A DNA stretch of 64,000 nt from the human T2T-CHM13v2.0 reference genome, Homo sapiens. The notes under the pieces were generated by a model, which saw only the letters and a list, made by a program, of their open reading frames with translations, searched no databases and was not told the origin of the DNA. The position numbers and the translations under genes were made by a program. Numbering within the stretch: the stretch's first letter is position 1; the number at the start of each line of letters is the position of its first letter. The stretch lies in the NCBI RefSeq assembly GCF_009914755.1, contig NC_060928.1; one strand, given 5' to 3'. Shown piece after piece: positions 53,439 to 64,000 of the stretch.

Positions 53439-56400
53439 CTAAATACAGCAAAAAAGCAAACAGCACTTTTAGCATTTCTTTAACTTTCTGTCTTCAAATT
53501 CCTAGTTGTCCATTTGGGGCAACTATCATTTCCTCTTGACCCAAGTCTGTGGCAGATACATGTAAAGAACATATATATGTGTTATATGAATCACATCTTT
53601 GTAAACTAAACTTCTCAATAGCACTCTTGAAAAAGCTAGCATAAATTATAATCATGATCAAGGTACTGAATAATTCAGGGGGTATTTCATTACGGATTTT
53701 GTCTATTATTTAAAGGCAAGGAGAAAATTCTTTTAAATTGGAGAAAAACACACGTCACTTCAGGTCTACAAATATAGTAACAAAATTGAGCTGTGGTTTC
53801 AAAAAAATGCTGACACATTATAACAAGGCACGAAAAATTAACCTTTGTGCCAAAATCAAATTAACAGCTCTTTAAAAAGCTTTTGCAAAGATATTACATA
53901 TGCATATATGTGTGCATACCCTCATTAATATGAATCATCAACTAATGTCTTTGCCCTATGATGTCATTCATTGCAGTTTAAATTTGGGGGTGGTCTGTTT
54001 TATAGTTTTTATGATCTTATGATATTAATTTTTATTTTTTATACAATTGCTTTCATTAAAAAACTTCTATATTTTTAAGGTGTTCAAATGCAACCCATCT
54101 AAAATAAGAGACTTACGCTTATTTACCCAAGTATTCCAATAATCTCTTACTAAATAAAAATGACAACGCTATATATGACAGGGGCTCAAAGAGAAAAATC
54201 AACAAATATTCACTTCTTAATTTCAGAATTTTGCTCCCTGCTTTAACTGGTCCGTTATCAGAATTTGATTCTAATTATTCATTGGCAAGGAACAATTTAT
54301 TGATTAAGAACAGTAGCAAATGAACAACTTACGGCCTCCAAAGTGTAACCACCCTGGTACAGGTCAATAGAACTAGGCAAACAAGAGGCCAATTCAAAAG
54401 TTCCTGTCCAATTTCCTTCCACAGCCAGGTCTTTATGAGCGAGCAGTCATGGAAAAGATCCTAGAAAAATAAACTGTGGAAACATTTCAGCAACTTAATT
54501 GAGATTTTGCAAGGCTCTCAAAGCCTGCATTGTTATAACCCACTCTCATCAAAGACCATGATTCAGCTTTAGAAATGGAGCTATTCAAACCCTGCTGTAT
54601 TAGCCATATATCTTAGGAATTTACTTCCTAATTATGCAGTATGCCTTATAAACACTTTTTTTGGTTCTGTCATTGGGTGACATAATATTTTAAGCAACTA
54701 AAGCGAATTGGTCTGATCATTATTTTGAAAAGTTCTTCCTCAACACTTGTCAGATTTAGATTATGAAGCACATTGCATTTTTGTTCTAGAAACTTTCATG
54801 CTCTCCATAAGAATTTATCACTTGCTTCACTACTGGGGGAAAATATGTGTCAATATAGCCTTATATCTAACTGTAAAACTGCTGGGACTGTCAATTTTTA
54901 AATACAGGAGATGTTGAAAAGGCAAACACCATAGTTTCTGAAAGAAATGAGAATCTGTCTTCTAGAAAGAGTAGGAGTAAGGTCACAACTCTGATTTATC
55001 TTGTCTTTGAGGAAGACCAAGAGTAGATACAAAGAATACAAGACTGAACTCATTTCAAAGGTAAAGAGTAACTCTAAAGGGTTTTTTTTATTGAAAGTGC
55101 TACCAGAAGACTAGAAAATATGCTGACATGTGCCTTTTCTCTTAGTATCTGGAAAAAAGAAAAGGATGAGAAAACATGTTTTTTAAAATTTACATCATCC
55201 ATCTGATTTTTATTTTCATTATGAAATCTCAATTTTCATCTTAATCTTAACAGGTGGGGCCATTTATTTTTATTACTTTCTCAGGAAATGTAGATAAAAG
55301 TAGACAAGATTCTATATATCATATAAGAATAATCAAAAGTAAATTGGAAGTAAAATCACAAAGTTGTTGCAGAATATTCAACTCTGCGGCAACCAGTTCA
55401 GGGCAATAGTGCTATGACAGTATTTGTATTTAGGATGTTGCTTTCTTATCTGCCTCAGATGAGTAATTATCATAAATTACCACATTTGACTGATGCCCAA
55501 TAGCACAGCACATTCCAGTCAAAATATGTCACCAAACCACCAACACTGCATGATGGTTTTTGGCTCTAGGTGATAGTGATGTTAAGCATAATACTCGGTA
55601 GTAATTTATCCTGTCACTCACATATTTAAAAGTTGCTATTTTGAATGGTCTTTGATGTAATAATATATGACGTGTTACTTTACATTTTTAAAAAAGTCGT
55701 CATGTTGAGTAAGGCTAATTTTTACAGAGGCGGGGAAGAAAACCCTAGCAAAATGGCTATGTAGTCAGCCCAGACAGATGGTAAATCTGGGAAAAATTAA
55801 TCAGTAACAACCTTAGCAATCTGGGGTTGTTAAATAGCTGTACTGCATTAAGAAAACTAATAAATACTTTCATATATATACACACAATATGGTGATAATA
55901 ATATATATATTATATGCCAATGATAATATCCAGGATACATCTGATTTTCTTTCACTATTACTCTCTTCTAATGCCTTCACTTTTTGATGTTGAGGGTACA
56001 TTTGATTTTAAGGGTTATTTATATTAATAAATGTAAGTAAGATATTAATAAATATTATACATGCAAGGTATAATACAAATAACAAATAATAAATAGTATG
56101 TGCATATACACAGAAACACACATATACACTAAATGACTAGAAATTGCACTTAAATCACCTGAAAATCATTACAATTTTAGAAGCAGAGTAGGAAGTCAAC
56201 AAACGTCCAGGAATTTGATAAATGTGTTGCATTCTTCAGTTTTCCAAGTTTTTACTCTCATGAATTTGAAACTATCAAACATACTTTTTTAAATGATGGG
56301 AGAATAATCATTTTCAATTCTTCTTTAATATAATATCATACCAAGTAAATTAATCAGCAGATACAAAGGAAAGTGTTTATCTATTTAAACTGACCAGAAA

Positions 56401-56589
56401 AAATGAGCTAATGAGGCACCATTAGATAATTAGGATAGATAAACGACAGCTGCTAACTCTGGAATGACTCACTGAATTCTTTTTAACAACATCTAAACAG
56501 TCCAAACCAATGAGATGGTTTAACTGCCACCCCTCTTCCTGGTTCTCTTTTTTGTCCTTTTTTACAGTGTTGCATGTCATCATTTTAAG

Positions 56590-57810
56590 GATATTTATCT
56601 ACATGGCTCTGCAACATTACAATTTCCTTTTTAAAATATTAGTTTCCTCTCTGATTTTTCTTCCTCTACACACTTGTAGCACTTAGCGGATCCCAAGACC
56701 CATTCTCTAGCCTCAGCTCTTCCTGTCTCATCCTTGTCCTGAAAAAATTCGTAGCCTCCCCTGATCACAACCATCATGTTGGTGCTGAAGACTCCAAGTC
56801 TCTATGTATAGCCATTTATTCCTCTCGATATAGAGTCACATAATTCTAGTATGCTGACATCATTTCCAACTAAAGATCTTCAAAACTCAGACTCATCGTC
56901 TTCCCCTATGACTGTTTCTTCTGTATGAGTTCCTCAGTTTTGTCAGTGGTATCATAATTTCTCTATCATCTTGTTGTTAATGCTACCATCAGCTAAAACG
57001 CATACAGGGAACTCCACTTCCCTGGATCAATGTGAAGCCATGAATTAAGTCAAATGTTTAGTATCAATGTTACCTTCTTTGAATCTCTAAACCTCACCCT
57101 TTTCTTTCCATTCCTCTTGGCATCCCATTAAACACTTTAGGATCTCACACTTGGTTTATTGGAAAAGCCTCCTGACCAACCAATTTTTCTTCCAGTCTTC
57201 TGCTTCTTGGATCCATCCTTCATATGGTTCCAGATTAATCTCCCTATACAGGATACTCTTTATACCATAGAATAGGGTTTAAAGGCAACAATTCTGGAAT
57301 TACACTGCTTAGGGATCTACACATGCCAGCTCCAACATCCACTAGGCTATAGACCCTGGGAAAGTTAATTGACATTTTGTTCCGTTATTCTCTACCTACA
57401 CCAAAGGACTGTTGAGAGAAATAAATGAGTTAATACAGGGAAAGCACTTAGAAAAGCTTCTAAGACAAGTGCTTAATAAATGATGGACACTGTTATTATT
57501 ATCATTATCATCTATTTTATTAAAAACTTGTAATGGCTTCTTGTACATTATATGATAAAGCCTAAATCCCTTAACCTGGCAATTAGACTCTGTACAATCT
57601 GATCTTGTTATTGGCTCAAATTCAATAAACAGTATTTGTCAATATGAATTCTCTGCTCCAGACAGGCTGAACTAAAAAAAATGCCCTTTGAAATTATGTT
57701 TTTATTCATGCTGTGACTCATTATGTCCCTCTTTCTTTGATGTGTTTTCGTTTCTCTCCATTTTTACTGTTACTCATTTTTCAGTGACTTACTCAAGTCT
57801 AGTTTGTTCC
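56590..57810 (+). mobile_element. L2 fragment interrupted by a MIR
   Basis: gactccaagtctctatgtatagcc...actcatcgtcttcccc...atctcacacttgg...cctcctgacc..., resuming after 57510 with taatggcttc...taaagcctaaatcccttaacctggc. Confidence 0.65.
57265..57510 (+). mobile_element. MIR (near full length)
   Basis: gaccctgggaaagttaattgac...gttgagagaaataaatgagttaatacagggaaagcacttagaa...gtgcttaataaatg. Confidence 0.75.
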
Positions 57811-59470
57811 CAAAAAGGAAAAAACCAGATCAGCATTTGGTATTGGTCAAAGTTTCTAGAAAAAGGAATCCTCAAATAACTTGAGAATGAGCTGTATGTT
57901 ATAACCCATCTTGGAGATTAATATTACACATTAATTTTAATGGGCCTTGAGATGTCCTACAGTAAAGAATATTTTTAATATAGTATCCCAAATTTATTGG
58001 AGGAGTAAACATCTTCTTTCTTCCAGAAACTATTAGAAATCTAGACATGAATATTCTAGATTCAGGAAGAGAACTGAAAATCATTTTAATTTTGAAACTG
58101 GTGTTACAGTCACAATTTCCTATGGAAATGATATGTAGCATTCCTACATAATGCTGAATTTCAAAAATGAGTTTAAGTAAATCTGGGAGAATTGAGTGAA
58201 AAGCTTAATTTTCTAACAAGTAGGAATTTTGACATATATAAGTGGAATACCAAAAATAAAAAATATTTAATAACATCTGATTAAGTTTATTCTCGATTAT
58301 TATCACAATTAAAAACTTTGAAGCCCAGAGAAAATTTTTTTGTAGTTTTTTTCTAGTAACCATACATTTTTTTGCAGTCTGTACCTATACTTTTCAATAT
58401 AACTATTAATGTTATATCTGATGATAGTAAGTCAGAGTATAGTGCAATACAGACTAAAGTTTTGATTCCTCACAGAATCTTAGTCTATAATTCTATGCTC
58501 CTTTGCACATATTTCAGCCCTCAACTCCTAATTTCTAGGCCCTGAATTGTAGCTAGAAAAATTCCACCTTTATTTCTATTATATAAATCATAAACTAAAA
58601 TAAAGAAAGATGCTAAAATCAACAAATAAGATGAAGAAATTTAATAAAAAATCTGAAGCTTGACATCCATTCTTTTACATAACTGATTAAATGCCTGTTG
58701 CTTAAAATATTATTTAAAATGTGTGTACCCTGTTATTAATTCATTTAAAAATAACTGCAACTACCTAGACTGAACACAATTACTAGATAATTAGTGAATT
58801 CTTGAGAGAAAAATACATTTCGTGAAATGTGTTTATGTATGTTCATTTAATTGTATTCTCAGTATATTATTATATTTGATGTTAGAGTAGCAGGCCATTT
58901 TAATTCAAATAATTATTTGCATAATAGTAATCAAATATAAACAATATAAATAACATGAAAAGGTAAGTATTAATCAGCCACACTAGTATATAAATTGTCA
59001 GTAGTTTCCTAAGTAGCCATAATTAGAACATTCCAAAAGAAGAGTGCGTTTGCGTTTCACGTCGATAATTACAATATTGTTAGATAGATTCTGTTTTCCA
59101 TCTGTGAAACACTTGACATGTAATAGAAGACAGGAAAAACAATTTAAAGTCCTCTCCGTATTTTACGTAAGGCACAGAAATTGGAAGTATAACTAAAAAA
59201 CAATAATATATGGCTTAAAATATCAATGTCATATATTAAATATTTTCATTTTTCTAAAAGGTAAAGTCCTTTTATTTCTAGTTTTCCAAATTCTCTTTGA
59301 TGTTTCACCATAAAATTTTAAAATGGACAAAAGAAAGCTTTATTAGACATATGTTTATTAAAAATGAAAATTATTTTACCATCCATTTGTAAATATTTTA
59401 CTATAAATACTTTACTATTATCAAGTAAATATTTATCTTTCAAAGGCCAGGATTAAAGTTCGCTAAAACA

Positions 59471-59486
59471 GACCACTAGAGGGCAA
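59471..59486 (+). promoter_or_regulatory. Candidate CTCF site
   Basis: gaCCACTAGAGGGCAa closely matches the CTCF core CCASYAGRKGGCR in non-repeat, very AT-rich DNA. Confidence 0.6.
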
Positions 59487-60440
59487 GCCACACTCTGCTC
59501 TCAGTTATAAATACGTGAATGACTATAGCTGCCTTAAAAACACTAGCTATAGCTAATAATCATTCTTTTTTTCCTTAATTTTTTATTCAAAACTATTTTT
59601 TCAGTGCCCACTGTGTACCAGCCACTGAGAATACAGAATTAAAGCAAGTCATATACATATATCTCTGTACTAGTTCTCTCTTCATATACACATAGGCATA
59701 TAGATTTGAAAATGGTTTTAATACATTCCTTTAATGTTATTTAGTCCTTCAGAATTTATTATCTTTAAATTTTTACCTTAAGGGTAGTGTGCTGTAGAAA
59801 AATCAAATAACCAGACTTTCCCAGGCAAGTTGTCATACAGTAACTTGGACATCTCTGACACTGAAAATCAAGGAACATCTTTTGGTATAAAGTACATTAA
59901 TGAATGTTATATAATCTCCATAGAATGGGAGTTTAATAAAAGCCTGTGGAATATTCTTCAACACTGTCCGAAATTTGCCTCGGCATTTTCCTAACTTGGT
60001 TTGTCCCTTCTTTTACTGGGCAGAACAGGATCCACATATGAAGAAAAAAGTGGTTGAGTTGTTGTCAGAGACAATTAAAGTCTTCTTCAGGTCCCCATTA
60101 GCTAGTGCCCTGAGAAACGGGTGGAATGATTTCATAATTTCCGTTGAATATAAAAGGACACTGATACCCTGGGGATATTGATTCAGAAAGACAGAAAGAA
60201 TAGCTGGGAAGCTCTTTCAGTGATAGAGAAGTTAATGATTTTGTGATTCATCCAAGAGAAATGCCTTACAACCTTTGATAATGGCAAGGCAGATAGTGCC
60301 ACTGCTGACCTTGTCAAATTAGCAGAAGCTAATAATATCAGGGCAGAAGACAAACCTAAGCACCACAAAGGAGAGTTTAGCAACACTTGCATATTTTTAA
60401 TTGTATTTGTCGGGGGGTTCTTTAACAAAAGATTGCTTTT

Positions 60441-60495
60441 GTTAATATCAGGGTTAATATCAGGATCAAAGTGTTAATATCAGGATCAAAGTGTT
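60441..60495 (+). repeat. 20-bp tandem duplication plus partial copy
   Basis: gttaatatcagg, then gttaatatcaggatcaaagt x2 (60453-60492). Confidence 0.92.
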
Positions 60496-60724
60496 TTCTG
60501 ACGTCAACATTTTTATGGCAGGCTAGACATAATAGAAATGCTCTGCTGAATTATTAGGAAAAATGGAAGCTGCCTCTCCTCCACATGCCATTAGTATTAA
60601 AAGTGTTAAATGTCCAACATAATTAAATTACATGGAGGAAAACAATGAACACCAAGATACAGAAATTGATAGAGAAATGTTGAACCACCAGAACACAATC
60701 CACATCTCTTCACTTAGTAGGTAC

Positions 60725-61330
60725 ACTGATTCATTCCTTCAGCAGATACTTGCATAACCTCTATTTAGGTTTCATGGATACAACAGTAACCAGATCTGCT
60801 CTCAACGCAGCTTTCATTTTAGCTAGGTCCCCTGCTAGATGCATAGGAGATAAAGCTGATCAACACTCCCTTCCCTTGAAGGGTTTTCTCGTACATGTGG
60901 GAGAAAGATGTCGACATTCAGACCAATGCAATGGAAAAAAAAATCAATACAAATTTAAATATGTACCAATTACTGTGGAAATGAAGAGGTGGAAGTTTTC
61001 TTCTGAGGAAGTTGGGGAAGGGGCTACATTCTGGGTATTGTCTGGAAGAAGATTCAAGGGAAGAAGGTTGCTTTGTTCAGATCATCTTGTTTTGGCAGAA
61101 ACTTGAAGGGTATGTGACTACTTGTTAGATGCGAAGGAAGTAGCATATCAGACACTGGGCACCAAGTGCTGGGAGAACATGGCACTGTAAGTGGAATATG
61201 GAAATGAAAATGGGTCTGGAGAAGGAGGCAGGAGGCAGGAGCGAGAAGGTGGAGGACCTGGCATGCCCCATTCCTACAGGGAACTGTGATTTCCTTTAAG
61301 TTGGCGATAGGAAACATTTAAAGGTTCAAG
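60725..61330 (-). mobile_element. L2 fragment
   Basis: attcattccttcagcagatacttg...ggatacaacagtaacc...gcagaaacttgaaggg...ggaaacatttaaagg. Confidence 0.6.
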
Positions 61331-62246
61331 CTGGAACTTGATGAGGGAACACACGAAAATTGTGCAAAAATAAAGTAAAAAATCATTACTTTTGTATTTT
61401 ACATACATATTCATACACACAGGCACACCACTCTGATGAAGGTATGAGAAGTGGATTGGAGTAAGGCAATTATTCTTAGGCTTACAGATCATCGGGATTT
61501 TTACAAAGAAACTGGATGGACTATTTTCAACCAAACAATAAGAATTCCTCACTCACAGCTAATAATTGTTTAACCCTCTTCTCCCAGAACGATGTGTTAT
61601 GGGAAACCAGGCATGGTTCTGAAAAGAGAGTTCATGTATAAAATAAAGCAATGAGAGGCCTTCACCTTTCATTCTGCCAATCTTTGGGCATTCAAGTTAC
61701 CCCAGGGAGGAGAGTTTCATATGAATAACTAAATGACTTAAGTGCATTTAAATTGATATCAATTTTACATAACAAAATCTCCTAAAATTTACCATCTCTG
61801 ACATTTCAATGGGGTTCAAAGATTTATTATATGCAATTATATGTTTTGTTAATAGCTGTGATAAATTAGATTTTCAACATTTTTATGCCAGGTTTATGGA
61901 GACAAGTTTATATGTTTGTTACTACTAAGCAAAAGTAATTTTTTTATTTTTAAAAGTTTGTTTAATTGATAAGAAACTAAAACAAAAATTAATTTCCAGG
62001 TAATGAAAATTATTAATCAGAAGTATTAATCCAGTAATGTAGTAAATATTTTTAAGGACACAAAAATACTTGATAAATTAATTAATTTACATTACAGATG
62101 CTCTGCATCTATGTGCATTACCGCCTGCAAAGATGTCCTTCAACAACAACAACAAAAATTTTCTTGGTAGCAGTTAGCATCACAACCTCCACAAGTGGTT
62201 TGACAAATCTAGGTCTCGTCATGGTTGCTAAATATGTAAATCATAC

Positions 62247-62259
62247 TGAATGACCGAGG
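62247..62259 (-). CDS. Candidate 13-nt microexon CCTCGGTCATTCA
   Basis: Minus strand: caactgtcactttgcttttAG|CCTCGGTCATTCA|GTATGA. UGC in tract, retained CpG, repeat-free flanks; the donor is only moderate. Confidence 0.4.
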
Positions 62260-63559
62260 CTAAAAGCAAAGTGACAGTTGACTGTGACTGCCATTAACCA
62301 TGGATTACATCCCGGCATGTAATGCAATTATATGGCAGGAAACAACTAATGTGGGCTGCTCTGGTGGGAGAAGGGAGAAAATATTGAATTTTTCTTTGTA
62401 ATCTATTTACATCTTGCAATGGGAGCATTAGTCAGATTAAGGTTCAGAATGCCAGGCGCACACCAGCCCAGTGTGCTAAGTGGTGCCTTCATTCCTAATG
62501 TGATAAGAAGGTAATGGTTGGATAAACAAATACATTCTAATATACATTGCTTCCACTGATGTAGACTGAAATCTTTTAGAAACATAAAGATCTGTCAGCA
62601 TTATTAAGTATGACCTCTACTTTTCCTTTCCCCTCATTAATAGACAAATTTTGCTGAAATTTTCTTAGTAAATCATATTAATTTCCTCACAAAATTCAAG
62701 CTTAATATATATTATCAAGACACATGAAGACAACACATTAAAATGTAAATTTCAATTATTTTATTTGTATTGCTGAATATATAGACATACATAGATAGAT
62801 CACATCAAATTTAAGAGAGAAACAGGTGAAGGAGGGGCAGGCATTAACGCAACAGCTTTAGAGCAGGCTGGCAAAAGCCTTTTGAATATTCTGGGAGTTT
62901 GAAATATTCAAACTTCGATATATTTTTCTTGGACGCTCATGTATTGTCAACCATCATGACAAGTCTCTTAAATGTATGTCTAACTTATTTGGGAAATTCA
63001 TTTGTTTTGCGAATACATAGATTTTAATTTTAGAGCTCATAAATTGCTTAACCTAACTTTCTTTTAAACTTTAAAGCCCATCACTTGAATAATTTGGGGT
63101 TATATAAAATATGTGCTACCCCATGATCTGGGCAGATGGTATACTTCAGAATCAATATCAAATTCGCTAAATTAGCCATAAATAAACTCCCTGTTTCTCA
63201 AAGAAGCTTTCTGAGAATAACCAGTGTTGTCATTTCCACAGTAACATTTTCCTCATTTTTCCATCGTCTCATTCCACAGAACATGTTCATACAAGATAAT
63301 TGTTCAAAAATTGTCAATAGTAAATAACAACCCAGTATCAAATCTGTTATAGATAAGCTTGACTGGTTAAGGAATAGTAACAAAATTTGTATTTATATTT
63401 AAATGTCTATATTCAGTTTGTGCATATAAATTAAGGGAAGACCAGAAATAATCTAGGCTCCTTAATTAGGTATAAATATAAAGTAAGTTCAGATATTTCA
63501 GAGATGTGGGTGAACTTGGTATGCTTTGACCAATTTACAAAATTTTATAGTTCTATTGG

Positions 63560-64000
<441 letters not shown>

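Overview
AT-rich, CpG-poor primate (hominoid; an L1PA3-type insertion is present) genomic DNA with no conventional-size coding exon and no CpG island. It reads as deep intron of a very large gene transcribed on the minus strand: about 8 of 9 LTRs and the young L1 point the other way, and all strong splice signals found are on the minus strand. A substantial fraction is transposon relics: a 5'-truncated L1PA3 with its RT domain still open, a full-length Tigger2 with both TIRs and TA TSDs, several MaLR/ERVL solo LTRs (two with perfect 5-bp TSDs), 4 Alus, many L2/MIR fragments and a probable CR1/L3 fossil. The most interesting signal is a chain of candidate minus-strand microexons: 62247-62259 (13 nt), 53426-53438 (13 nt), 48717-48730 (14 nt), 47630-47638 (9 nt) and 1391-1400 (10 nt). 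All have canonical splice sites, several carry SRRM4-type UGC or RBFOX UGCAUG elements, and the 13+14 pair is mutually frame-compensating. I could not name the host gene. Boundaries of old repeats are approximate and subfamily calls are from memory of consensus sequences, not from a search.
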